Part shown: in pieces, positions 1 through 12,849 of the stretch
How the letters are laid out: each line of letters begins with the position of its first letter
Position numbering within the stretch: position 1 is the first letter of the stretch
Source of the DNA: Paraspadella gotoi
Taxonomy: Eukaryota > Animalia > Chaetognatha
Length of the DNA stretch: 64,000 bases
NCBI GenBank assembly: GCA_051294375.1
Contig: CM119263.1
Span: forward strand, 268,019-332,018
Reading direction: 5' to 3'
Notes under the pieces: model-generated
Database searches by the model: none
Told to the model about the DNA's origin: nothing
The model's input: the letters and a program-made list of their open reading frames with translations, nothing else
Translations under genes and position numbers: made by a program

Positions 1-460
1 TGTTTTGTGCAGGAACAAAAAAAGTCGTTTAACCAGATTTGTGAAACAGGAAATGTATTTAGTGACAGATACTTGGTCCTATTTGATAACCCAACGGACC
101 ATCGATTTGTGAAGGTTAAAAAAAAAAACTCACTGAGTAATTATCTGAAGACGAAACAAAACAAAGATTCGTTATGATGAACGGGACGACGCGAACGACG
201 ACGACGACGAACGACGACGAACGAGGAAGTCCTTGACGAAAAATAATGCCAAAACAAAAATGAGATGAAGACGATGAAGGAGAATACATGTATTACAATC
301 AATCATGTACAATGTATTGACAATACCAACTCCATGTACAAGAGGTGGCTTTCCTCATTTCTTACAAGCTCGATCCTGCAGAACTTTTTTTTGCCGCCTG
401 CGTCTCTGCTCCATTTCTCTCTCTCTCCGTCCTACTCAGTCTCCTTCTCTCCTTCTTCTC

Positions 461-500
<40 letters not shown>

Positions 501-719
501 TCTCCTCTCTCTCCTGTTCGTTTTAGAGTTTCGCTCTCTCTCTTCTTTGTCACGCTGTGTCTTCGCCTTATGGTTCGCTGATTCTCTTTCTCATAACTTC
601 CTTCACTGACTTTCAGGGTTATTATTCTCCAATCATGTGAATAACAAACTAATTTTTGCGTTCCATTAACATTAACATAATTTGGCATTATTTAGTTTTA
701 AATTAACTGAATGATTTTA

Positions 720-982
720 CTACTTAAGGGAGTGATCTTTTAATACAATTGAAAATATTCTTTGAAATAATATATCACGTTATAGGAAATAAGAGAGTTG
801 AATAACGGACCTGTGAGAGAGTCTTGATTGAAAGCTTGGCCAGGGACCTGCTCAGGGTCATTATCATTGTAAGAAGTGAGGCATTAAAACCACCAAAGCC
901 TGTCCAAAATTCAAGGCAAGCAATAACTTGTTTATTAAAACTGAATGGGGTAAAGGTTTTACATAATATTGATAGTTTTCAT
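720..982 (+). mobile_element. Diverged monomer of the ~335-bp dispersed/tandem repeat family (Penelope/retrozyme-like)
   Basis: Collinear motifs tacttaagggagtg, tgtgagagagtcttgattgaaagcttg and aaaccaccaaagcctgtccaaa are shared with the tandem units at 18937-19720. Confidence 0.8.
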
Positions 983-1492
983 TTTCTTTCAAAGGTATTT
1001 CTAAACATATGTTTAAGAATATGTATCATTAGTTCAGATAATTCTAAATATTTAAATATATTATGGTAATTTTTTCGGTCTTACTTTCTGCTACTGAAGT
1101 TTTGTTTTCCTCTATTTTGCTTTCGTCTTGTTTTTTTTTTCCTTGATCTCGCGTTTGTCTGTAGTTCTCACTCGCTCGTATATATATATATAATCCTGAG
1201 GTTGAGAGAGCTAGCTTCTGTCACTTGAAGGTTAAAGGTCGCTGCACTGTCATTACCCTGTCTCTGGGACTCGTGTATTCCGGAAGTGGGCGGGTGATCT
1301 ACTGATAATAAATACGCGTGTGCTCCTCTACTGTTGTCATCTATGGAAAATTCTGATACTCACTTCAATATATCCCGCCGTCATTTTATTATTTAGACGA
1401 GGCTAAAAAGAATTGGTGCCCTTTTGCGAAAGCAGATGCCCGGCTAAAACACAATTCTTAGTCCAAGATCCTCTACTTTTGTCGTAAATCTG

Positions 1493-1548
<56 letters not shown>

Positions 1549-4546
1549 CTCTCCATCTCTCTCTCTCTCTCTCGTCTCTCGCCGCGGGGCGATAAACCAT
1601 CGTCCCTGACTCGCTTCACACAACGTCGACTCGTGAAGAAAAAAGGCGACGTAAGCTGATGTGAATCTCAAATTTTTTTTTTCAATTAGAAATCGGAATT
1701 AATATTTTCTCGTTCTTTCACGTTTCAAAAAAGTTAAAAAAAATATAAATGAATGATAAAATAAAATGATGAAATGTTTTAACCAGACTTAACAGTTTCA
1801 CATTCACGTCACTACCCCATACAACTGGTATTATTTTAATTGTTGTAAACATACGAATAGATCCTTTTCACAATTTACCAATTTTGGAATATTTTATTTA
1901 TTCACCAGAACGTAGTTCATCCCAGTTATTGCCGGTTTCCGCTTCAAGACTGAGCATTTACTATCTTCGATGACTTGGTGTGGTCGGGAGAGAGTAGAGG
2001 TCGTCGAGAGGAGAGAGAGTACTGTTGAGCATCGAGTGTGACTGGTGCCACATTCGGGCTTGCTAATGTGTCTTTTGTACGTGAGATTGCCTCTAATGAC
2101 CTATTACATATATCTAGTCATGTGGGTGGGAGTGCGAGTGAGATTACGGTGAGCGCGGTTTCTCTTTCACGGTGATATTATTACTCTACATGACACGCCT
2201 CATTGTGTGGTTATGTGCTTCTCTAGGCTATATGGCTCTCCTCTCTCAGTACTTTTTGTGTGTATCTCTCTCTACAGTGTCTGGTGCCTTCGTGCTATCT
2301 CTCTTTGCACTACGCGACATCACTGGGTGTGTGCCCTCGTTATTTACTACACTGCATGTGCGGTTTTCTTGGTTGCACTCCTGTCTCTCTACCTGACTCA
2401 CTTTCTCACCCGTTTTTAACCATGCCCGTTTACAGCTTCCACTACTCTGTCCGGCACCTGTTCAAGCAACCTCACGGCTCCGGTGCCGGCACAGTGTGGG
2501 CTTCCAACGTAGTCAGGCGTGCACTCAGGGTATACTGGATTGACTGACGATCCGGTCGCTCTCTCTCTCTACTTAATAGTTCTCTTGTTGCATCTCTCGT
2601 GTGTGAAGTGCTGTTGCTTTACTTTATATTGTTTTTCCCATGTATCGCGTGGTTTCATTTTTCCCTGTTCACCGATTGTTTCTTTGCTGTGGTACATTGT
2701 CTCTCTTCTTTAATTTTGGTCTTCTTATCCTTGTATCTTATTTCCTTTGTTTCTGAGCTCTGCGCCCTTTTCTTTTTCACACACATACGAGACATGACCT
2801 GAATACGTGGTAATGCCCCCGGAATACTCTCTTGTTGTTACTTGTTTCCGCGCGGTCTTGTCCTACTGTTGCCCTCATCCGGAGCAAACGGGCGGCTTTC
2901 TTGTTTTTTTTTGTCGGGTCAAAGGTCAAGTTTCGGCGGAAGAAGGAAGAGGGGAGCGGGCCCTCGTGGAGAGTTGGGTGGTCCCGTCCATGAGAATGTG
3001 AAAATGTAGCGGTTAGTGCTGAAGTTGAACGAGGACGAAATCATAAGATGTGGTCACTATGAGTTAATGCCCGGTAGACCGGGGTGTGCGCAAGAACCAG
3101 GACTGATGCCGAGTGGGAGTAGCCCGAGCCGGAAGGACCCGCGGGGTAAGCGCATAGGACACTTACCAAGGAATCCTGAATGTTTTGCAGGGGTGGTGTT
3201 CGGAGGGTGGCATATAGGGAGGCAGGCAGCGTGAACGCAGGTGATAGGTCGGTAGCGAAGGCTGGGGTATGCGGGCGAATCTCGAGCGTGTCAGTAGGCT
3301 TGTGGGCTGGCGTGGAAGCGCGTGTGGTCGGCTGACTAAGATATGGGGTGGTGGATTATCGCGGGGAGACAGACGGAGCTTTAGATGCGTAAGAATGTCA
3401 GTGACTAACGTACAGTGAAATTCAGTGTGCAGCGGCTGTTTCTATCGGGTTTAGTTCTGGTTAGCCGCATAAACAGGCGCTAACAATCGGCTGTAGTCCA
3501 GCGGGGTAAGCACGAAACTAAGCCTCTGCGCGCAAGGAAGCCCGCAGTGGGGGGGGGAGAGGGAAAGGGGGAGGGCTAGGGGGGAGAGAGGAGATAGAGT
3601 CTAAGTTGAGAAAACAGAAGATGATGAGATTAATGATTCAGCTTGAAAATTAATAAAGTTGAGATGATAAGACTAAATTTGTATCGAGACGACGACGACG
3701 AGACGACGATGATGATATGAATGATGATCCCGCTCAGGATAGATGATGAAAATGATGATGATGATGAATTGATGAATGATGATGGATTGATGATTTAGGA
3801 TGATGATTATGATCAAAACGAGTCGGATGCTAAAAAAAATGAGATAAACAAATATTCCTCCCGTGATAAAGAGATCTCCAGTCCAGCGAAGGATCATGTG
3901 ACTTTGTGACCTTTTTTTCCAGGTGAATCCGGAGAAAAAAAAACGATACGACGACGACGGACGAAAGACAACGACGATATAATGAAATGATGAACGACGA
4001 CAAGGGCGACTTGGATGCCTGGCGAAACTGAACCCAAGTCAATAGAACATTACCTAATTTGATTGAAATTATTGATTGATTATTGATTTGATTGATTGAT
4101 TTTGATTGATTGAATTGAATCTTGATCTGAGGGTCTTTTAAAAAAAAAAATCCCAGTCACTTGTTTCGGAAGATAGAAAGGGTTGACCGGTTGACCCATC
4201 AAATTTAACTTGACGCGAAAGGATAAGACGAAGATAGATGGCGCAGCACCACAAGAGGTTCGGTGGCGCGTATTGACCGGCGGGTCAATGTTGGGGGTCA
4301 AAGTTTCAGTCAGCGATGGCAAAGACGACGAACGACGACGGAAACGCCCGACGTGGAAAATCGAGTGAGTTCAGATTTCCGAGCAACAAAACGACGACCG
4401 ACCGATTGGATGATAAGACGGCCAATTTTCCAAAAAATAAGCCTCTTTTTCAGTTTTAAAAAATATTCAGAAATTGGAAGTATTTTTTTTTATCTTTTTT
4501 TAAAACGTTCAAGGTTTTAAGCTTAAGAATTTGGCGTTAAGAGTAA

Positions 4547-4620
4547 TTTAGGTATTAGGGTAATTAGGGTTATTAGGGTATTAGGGTTAGGTATTAATGT
4601 AAGTCAAAGTTTAGGTTAAA
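4547..4620 (+). repeat. Short degenerate TTAGG/TTAGGG-like tract
   Basis: ttaggtattagggtaattagggttattagggtattagggttagg, with irregular spacing. Confidence 0.6.
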
Positions 4621-5139
4621 ATAATTAATATTTTTTTTTATTATTTATAAAATATATTATATTTTTTATTAATTTTTTATAATATACAAATTTAATATTT
4701 TTCAAACAGCACTTTTCTTTGTGTTGAAAAAAGGGTTCGTATCACAAGCTTAAACAATGGTTCACTTTCAAAATAAAATTATAAATATTAAAACCTTTTA
4801 TTTTTAAAAATAAATGATATGATTAAAAAAATAAAATTAAGGCAATAGGAACAAAGATGGAAAGAGCCATATAACCGCGGCCATGGAATTTCCATTGGGT
4901 TCGTATTTTTGATCCCAAAATAAGAAAAACCGGAAGGTTTTTTGGTCGAAAAGTAAAAAGTGGGGTCTGTGACGCGTTGCCTGTTTTTTCACGCGACTCA
5001 GAAATTCTTAGCACGAATTCTGATTCGAAATAGCTCAATCTGTCAAATGGATCCTGGCCCAATCTGTCAGTTGGGCTTAACCAATCGATAGCACCCAGAT
5101 CAAAATCGAACATAAACTGAAGCTGCCATAACTATGAAA

Positions 5140-6300
5140 TAGCGGCGTTTTGAAAAATAACAGAATTAACAAATCAAGTGGGTACTTAGGCTATTTTTTA
5201 GTGTAATAAAGTCTGGTAGAATTCGATGATGATTTACCATTTTTTGTAGTAGTCCTCATCTTCCTGTTATTTGTCGGAAAATGGCAGATTTTTTGGAGAG
5301 CATATAAAGGTGCTATTAAAATGATGCAAACATTGTAGAGTATAAAAGAAACCCTCCAAAATATTAAGATTTTAATAAAAAGCCATATTTAACTACATAA
5401 TATGAAAAATATAAAATAAGACCCATAATAAATATTTTTGGTTAAGTTTATTTTGTTATTTACAATTTTATATTTTTAAATAGTTTTGTTTAGCTTTTGA
5501 TATTTATTAAATAAATCAATAAATAAAAATAAGCGGGCGTAAGACACTAAAGGTAAACAAAAAAAATAAAATTTTAAAAATTTTAAAAACCGGATTTTGA
5601 ATTCCCTTACAAAAAGTTTAAGTATAGAGGAAGGTATAATCCATTTTTAAAAAAAAAAATTTTTCATTAAAAGTAGGTTAAAAAATATTCAAAGAACTAT
5701 TATTTTTTTTGTTTAATTTTTCAATTTTTCGCGTTTAATTATAGTTTTTCTTCTTTTCTGAATTTTGACCAATTAATATGACATACATTTTCGACTATAA
5801 AAATTTATATTTTTCTTATCTCAACTTTTTTTCCAAAGTGCAAATCCATGGAAAAAAAATTTTTGAAAAATTATTATTTTTAACTTTAGCCCAATTTTTA
5901 ACTGCAATAATTATTAATAAATATAGTTAACTAAACTTTTTTAATAAAACATAAAATTTAAAAAAATTAAACTTACCAAAATATTTTTTTATAATAGTCT
6001 TTATTTTTTAATATTGTCAAAAGCTCATATTAATTTTTTAAAAAAAATTTTTAAAAATAATATTGATTTATTCATCACAAACTTAATAATGGTTTGGCTA
6101 TTTTATAACCTAATTTTAATAAACCATTAAAAACCCGCCATTTTCCGACAAGAAAAGGATTAAAATTATTACAAAAAAATGGTCATCACGTACGGCCGCC
6201 GGGAAGATTTTTCTAAGACTAACATTAGAGCAACTAAAAATAGCTATGTACCTCACTTTGATTTGTTAATATTTTGTTTATTTTTCAACTGCGCGTCCTA
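5140..6300. mobile_element. Non-autonomous long-TIR DNA transposon (hAT-like MITE, ~1.16 kb)
   Basis: Starts TAG and ends CTA. Imperfect inverted arms of ~150 bp (e.g. ttgtcggaaaatggc / gccattttccgacaa; ttaacaaatcaa / ttgatttgttaa). Flanked by the direct repeat CTATGAAA at 5132-5139 and 6301-6308. No transposase ORF. Confidence 0.85.
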
Positions 6301-6393
6301 CTATGAAAAGAAATGTGGATTTTTCAATATACTATATGATAGGTTCAATAATCGAACACATCTATGAAACGAATTACTCTTTGTCATACCCAC

Positions 6394-6500
6394 TTTTTTA
6401 GTTGTAACAGACGGTGGCAACTCTATAAGAGTCAACTTTTTTGTTCGGTGCTTTCTATCTGTGGGTCTATCGGTCTGCCCCCCTCTGTTACTCTGTCCTA
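6394..6500 (+). mobile_element. 5' fragment of DINE-1/HINE-like element
   Basis: ttttagttg...gcaactctataag..tcaactttt followed by a degenerate gtct/gtcg tract, matching the end of the copies at 12850-13393 and 22083-22446. Confidence 0.5.
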
Positions 6501-6621
6501 ACTTATATTTTAAAATTTCCTAACCAAACTCGTTTAATTACAAATCAATTTAGATTAATATTTTGGTACGACGGGGTGACGTATCAATTATATCAATAAG
6601 ATTTTGTTTTATTCCCCTGTG

Positions 6622-7321
6622 TAATGGCGTAGTAAAAATTTTCTAAAAATTTAACTTTTAAATTAAAAATTCCTTAAAAGTGAGGGAACGAAAAACAACA
6701 TTATATTAATGAACATCTATGTAAATAGAAAAAAAATTTTATATAAATATTTTACAAATTTACGCAGTAGGGCTATATTTATACATAGTAAACTCAGGAA
6801 CCCAATAAATGTTAAAATTTTCAAAAATTAGTTTTTTTTAAAAAAGATTTTCTTGTAGATTTTATGGATTCGTCATAAAAATTTGGTAAAAAGAAATATG
6901 ACTCTTTTTTTAAAAAAAGAATTATTTCCTTTATATAAAATGGGTCACAAAAATTAAAAAAAAAAGCTATAACAATTTTAAGCTGAAAATCAACTTTTTT
7001 ATATATTCAAACATATGTTTTTGTAATTTTTTAACCTACTTAATGAATGAGAATTTTTAAAAAATGAGTTATATTTTCCTTCTTATCAACTTTTGACTGA
7101 GGAATTCACCTGTAATCAAAATTAAAAAAGCGGCCTTATTTTTGAAAAATTTTCGAATTTCATAAGGAATAGTACTATAATAAAAATATAGCCTACTGCG
7201 AAAATTAAAAAACATAAATAATTAATTTTTTTTAAACAAATTAATGTTCACTGATTGGGTATGTTGTTCATAATTGACGTTTTTAAAATTTCGATATGTA
7301 AACTTTCACCTAACGCCTTGA
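6622..7321 (-). mobile_element. TAAGGCG-terminus MITE (~700 bp), copy without the nested insert
   Basis: Reverse-complement homolog of 28003-29424 minus its internal 335-bp array. Termini are taatggcgtag and ctaacgccttga, and cctgtg occurs on both flanks (noisy TSD). Confidence 0.8.
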
Positions 7322-8095
7322 CCTGTGTAATTAACACCTAAAAAATATGGTTGTAAACATAAAGAGAAAATATAAATTTTATAAACTACCGTAATCCTAG
7401 AGCGTTTTTTTGGAATAATATTTGAGGCCATAGTTATAATATGCTATGGTCACAAGTCAAACATGCTTTGGAGACAATTTTATGTTTGATAATTGCTGGC
7501 GAACGGTCACCTGGGAAAAACGGGAGTTTCCAGCCTACAGAATAAATTAAGTAAAAAGGAAGTCATTGCTGCGTAAACACCTTGGAAATTGCAGTACCTT
7601 CTTTTAATATATCGTTTCCTCCGCTTCTGCATGTTTTCCCTTTTTTTCGTCGCAAGTATTTAAATACCAAAATTTTCATTTCCAACCGTGCGATTCATGA
7701 GACATTGTTCACATCGTGATTATAAAAATGGAAAATGTTTTGTTGAGCAGATTTTGCTTCAACTAGTATCATAAACTATTTCATTCTCTTTTTTTTCGCA
7801 CTTTTTAATTTTCGGTTTCGCCTTTTAACTGATTCTTCTCCTGGTCGTTTTTTCTCTCGGCTTTTGTCGGCCCCAGATGTCGTCGTCCGTCGTTGTCGTC
7901 GATCCTCGTCGTCTTTTCCCCGACATCATTATTCGCACTCTGCGCTGGGATTGTGTCAAAATGGAAAGTCTAAAAATATGAATCGTTCCAAAGGCGAGAT
8001 GAACGTCCCGTTTTATATTTCTTTGGTTTTTTATACGAAGGATAATTTTCCGATCGCAAATCACATGGAAATCACATCAATGGATAATTGTTTCT

Positions 8096-8176
8096 ATCGG
8101 TCGTACCCAATTTCGGTCGTACCAATCAAGGTCGTACCAGATCGGTCGTACACCAATACGGTTCGTTACACAATTT
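8096..8176 (+). repeat. ~15-bp minisatellite (tcggtcgtaccaat) x5
   Basis: ggtcgtac recurs at ~15-bp spacing and decays at the last copy. Confidence 0.8.
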
Positions 8177-8254
8177 CATAGAAATTTTTTTTTGATTCTT
8201 GTCACTCGTGGGAGTACATTATAGTATTTCATGATTCTTTTACACCTTAACTTA

Positions 8255-8375
8255 AGTTTAAGGCGCAGTAATTCTTTTATACAAATTGAATAGTAACACC
8301 ACTTCAATTATAATTTAGGGGGTAAGGGAGTGGAAAATAAACTATACTTAGAAAGGGTCTTTAATATGAAACTTT
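8255..8375 (+). mobile_element. Highly degenerate fragment of the ~335-bp family
   Basis: cttttatacaaattgaa, accacttca, gggagtggaaaataaactatact and gtcttt..atgaaac appear in family order. Confidence 0.45.
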
Positions 8376-8789
8376 TATTTCTAAGATCTATAGTTCGAAA
8401 AAAAAAAGGTTCTCAAAAGAATAATCGCATTCTTTGATGATTGAAATATTTTATTGATATTGGACCTTTTTTGTCTGTGGTTGGTGATTTTTCACGCAAT
8501 CTTTAACTTTGTTATGTCTATAGACTGAGCTTTGTTTTGAAATTGCTGCCTGTAATGTACCTAATAATCAACCTTGTTGAATTCGAAATAAAAACGCATA
8601 TATATAATTGAAAAGCTTTTAAAAATTGGTTGTCACGGACCAATTTTAATAATTTAATTAAATTAATTAATTAATTAATTATATCAATTAATAATATCTT
8701 CTGACGAATATGAATTTTTATATTTTTTACTTTTTGTCCATTCAGACTTTATTGACTTTTAATTATGTTATTTTTCGTCTATTTTCTTG

Positions 8790-9130
8790 GCCTCGAGTAC
8801 AATCGCGGAGCAACTCCATAAGTCCCTTTTCGGGTCGGTATGTCGGTCGGGTCCGTCCCGGTAAAGTTGGGTTGCTTGATGCTCAATTTGTTTGGAAGGG
8901 AAATTAAAGTGGATTTAAGCGGCGCCTTCAGTGAAATTAATCCTTAAAATTTTTAAAAAACAAAAGAACAAAAAAAATTTCGCAAACTTGCAGTGCGGTG
9001 TCATAAAATCATGGGCTAAACCAAATTATTGTAGTCTGTAGTCATGATCATCTTCAATGTCAGGAGAAATACATATGATTAAGCGTTACTGCGGGCCGGC
9101 AAACACATTTGAAATTACCGTTCCTTGTTT
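8790..9130 (+). mobile_element. DINE-1/HINE-like (Helentron-associated) element, degenerate
   Basis: gcaactccataagtcccttttcgggtcggtatgtcggtcgg, gcggcgccttcag and aacacatttgaaattaccgttccttg match the reverse complement of 22083-22446. Confidence 0.65.
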
Positions 9131-10324
9131 TAATTTTCTTTCTTTTGTCCTCTGATGTTTTTCGAATTCTCTTTCTGATCTCAAATTTTTTTTTTCTTTT
9201 TTATTTAAATTCTTTCTCGCTCTTTCGCTAATTTTTCAAACAAAAAACTCCTTTGTTCTCTCTCTCTGTCTCACTCTCCTCTTCGTCGGGTTTTTGGTTC
9301 AATTTTGGTAACAACCGAAATTCTTGGTGCACTTCATCATCAATATCATAGCTTGCAGCATGCCCGGCCGTAGCAGCAGCAGCCATATCTTTGCCAGTTT
9401 CGTCTCCAGGTTTTTCCCTCCTTTTTTCTGATCTCTCTCTCTCTCGAGTCCGTCCCGTCACCTCTCTTCATCTCGTCTCATCTCTCTCTCTCTCCTTACC
9501 CGAATCGCGTCTTTTTTAAAAAATCAGAATATTTTTCCTCTCTTCCGTTTTTTTTTTTTGATTTTCAACTCTTTTCCTAAATCTTTGAAACGCGCGATCC
9601 CCAGCTTTCTATTTCTTTCTTTTCGATCCCCCTTTCTTCCTCTCACCCAATCCTCTCCTCTCTCCTCTCTTCCCGTCTCCCTCTGCTCTCCGCCCTTTTC
9701 TTCTCCACCTCCATCTTCCTCGCTGGTGGGCTGATGGCGCATGCATCAACAAATAATGATAAGGAAAAAAAAAATGAGAAAACCATCCGTCTGATCGAAA
9801 CGTTCCAATCTTGGTAATAATTTTTAAATAAAAAATGTTTATCATTATTATTAATTTTAAAAACTGGGTTTTGAAAATATTATTAGTAGCTAATATGAAG
9901 GACTCGAGCCAGTTCCTTACCTCTTGACGTATATTGAAGAAAAAAAAAAATCCTGGTCAACCCCCAGCACTTTTTTTACTAAAATTTTTTTTAAAAGAGA
10001 GTTTTTTTAACCATAAGTTTAAAAGAAAGGTTTAAAATAATTAAAATGATATATTGAGAGAGCGCCGGGTACTAACGCTACATTAACTAAAAAATATTTC
10101 AGAGACGGCAGATGGCAAATTAATTTATTTTTAATAAGTTATTAGCAACCAACGAAAAAGTTTTGAGAGATGGAAGTTCAATTGCATTCGACTCGAAAAA
10201 ATGAAGAAGAAAAAGTTGTCGCGTTTCTGTGATTCTGTTATTTTCCTTGTGAAATTCTTGAGGTCCGAAAAAAAATCCGAGTTTTCCAAATCTCAAAATT
10301 GATATTTCGAATTTGTCGGTCGGG

Positions 10325-10720
10325 CTCTTTTCTTTCTTCTTTATCTTTCCTTTCCTTTCTTTTTTTTCTTTCACCTTTCCTTCTTTGCTTTTTCTTTTTT
10401 ATTGGCCTTTTTTTTATCTTTCTTTTCAATCTTTTTTTTTTCTTTCTATCTTTTTGAATTTTTTTTTCTTTCTTTCTATTTTTTTTTTATTCCTTTTTCC
10501 TATCTGTCCTTGTCTTTCTTTTCTCTTTCTTCTTTCTTTTTCTTCTTTCTCCTTGTTCCTTTTTTTCTTCTCTTCTTTCTTTTCTTTCCTTGTTTTCCTT
10601 ATCTTTCTTTTTTTTTCTTTTCTTTCTTTCTTTCACTTCCTATCTGTCCTTATTCTTTCTCTTTTATTTACTTTTTTCCCTTTAAATTCTTGTTTTTCTG
10701 CCCTTTGTTGCTCCTCCTTT
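10325..10720. repeat. Polypyrimidine (T/C) low-complexity tract
   Basis: Almost entirely T/C. It gives rise to the spurious Phe/Leu/Ser and Lys/Arg/Glu ORFs. Confidence 0.9.
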
Positions 10721-11754
10721 GGTTTTTTTTTTAAATCTGGTTTTTGTTTTTATTTGTAAACCTTAATATTCATAGCTAACTACTACCTGTATCTCTTAGC
10801 TCTAACTTCCTTAATTTACTAAGTATTAAAAATCTCTTAACTTCAACTCCATACCGTAATCGGTCTTTTCTTCCTTATTTTTTAAATCCTGAATTTTTCT
10901 AGATAAGATTTTCAATTTCGAAGAGTGATGTTTTAAAAAATTAAAAGTCCACCTTGAGTTTCTTTCTCTCTCTTTTCTCTCCGTCTCTTGCCTCATCTCT
11001 TACACCTCCTCTCTCTCTCGGATCCCTCTCTCTCAATCGGTCTTTTCTCTCCTTCTCTTCCCTCTCTATCTCTCTCTTTCTCTACATCCAACAAATTTCC
11101 CAAATTTCACCGTCTTCCCTTCTCTCTCGTCACTCTCTCGCATTTTTTCGCGGAACGATTCCAGTTGCTTTCATATCATTGGTAGAAGACCCCGAAGGCA
11201 AGAACAAGCATTTTGGTCAAAGATATCACAAAATTTAATGAAGGCCGGACTGCGTTTCTAGTTTTTTAGTCACTGGATTATGAAATAAAGTTTTCCACAA
11301 TTTTATAGAAATAAAGCAAGAATAAAGAGATGGCCATCTCATTTTGGCTCTTTTTCTTTTCCTCATTGCACTCTCCCATTAGGGCATTTAAATAACAAAC
11401 TATAAAAATCGAATAAGGGTACATCGCTAATTACTTATATTCTAAAGTCATCCATTGAATAAAAAGCGGACGATGGAATTGTCTTATTTGCGGTTGTAAT
11501 CGTTGAGGACTCATTTCATAGCATTGCAATTGCAATCTCATTTTCTGCAGAGCCATTGCATCTACAATTGCCATGCATCTCATTGCATTGACATCTGATT
11601 TACATAACGGTTGCCTGTTGCAATGCAGAACTCGAGTAAAGGAAAAAGTAAGGGTTGAGATAAACATTTCTTAAATGGAGCTCGTTGGGCGAAGCAAGAC
11701 GATATTGGGGTCGTGTTGTAGAAGAGAGAAAGAGAGGAGAGGAGAGAGGAAAAG

Positions 11755-11785
<31 letters not shown>

Positions 11786-11843
11786 GAGGAGAGATGAAGA
11801 GAAGTGAGAGTGAGAGTTGAGAGAGAGAGTGAGAAAGAGAGAC

Positions 11844-11868
11844 NNNNNNNNNNNNNNNNNNNNNNNNN
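11844..11868. other. Assembly gap (25 N)
   Basis: Run of N within an (AG)n tract. Confidence 0.99.
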
Positions 11869-11961
11869 GAGAGAGAGAGACAGTGAGAGAGAGAAGGGGA
11901 TGGGTCCGATCCAAGAATTTCGATAAGACAGAAATTCATCGAATCTCGCGGACGTCGTCGT

Positions 11962-12016
<55 letters not shown>

Positions 12017-12231
12017 CAAGCAGGAGGTTATCACACTCGTTGAATATTTTATGTCGAAGGCAAAATTCGGAAAAACAAAAAACAAAAAACAAAAGGCTGA
12101 CTGATGGAGCCGTTGGTTTTAAAGAGAAGGAATCGAAATATGTCAATATCATTTATAAGTATCACTATCAGTCAATATCAGTCAATAAGTTAATATCAGT
12201 TATTAACTCTTTATATAACATACAAATTACA

Positions 12232-12770
12232 TAAGGGAGTCATCCTTTTATACAATTTAGACATTTTTTGAAATATTATACCACTTCATTGATGGGGAAG
12301 CCCGTTACTCTGGGAGTGAAAAAACTATACTGTGAGAGAGTCTTGATAGAAAGCTAGCAGGGACCCGCTATGTCATTATCTTGTGATGGAGGCCTTAAAC
12401 ACCAAAGTCAGGGGCAAGATAGATTATTTATAGAATGAATAGATAATTTTCATATTGATTGTACCAATTTCATAATACGTACGTACATTCTCATGCTTAG
12501 TACGCCCCGTTCTGACAATATTTAGAGGAGTGGTGTTTTATACAATCATTACCGTAATTTAAAATATATTAAATCACATCACTGATAAGAAAGCCAGGAT
12601 ATATTGAAGTTACCAACTGAGACTAATAGAGAATCGTTATTAAAAGGTTTTAGGGTTTAGCTGTGCAATTATCTTGTAAGAGGGGAGAAGGCCCTAACTC
12701 ATTACAACCTGCACAAAGTCAGTAAATAAGATATATTATTCAATGAATGAACGGATATTTTTTATACTGC
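12232..12770 (+). mobile_element. Head-to-tail dimer of the ~335-bp family (second unit degenerate); also at ~35460-36005
   Basis: The first unit 12232-12474 ends gtaccaatttcata, then atgcttagt..gacaatatttagaggagtggt restarts the unit. Confidence 0.75.
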
Positions 12771-12849
12771 ACTAACTAACTATAGTTAGTATATAGTAAA
12801 ATCTTGACAACACAATAAAATTATATTTAACGATAAAAATACTTTTAAA

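Noticed and set aside
1195-1385. Possible SINE or ncRNA after (TA)n
   Set aside because: It is GC-richer, but has no convincing A/B boxes, stems or second copy, and the region appears noisy.
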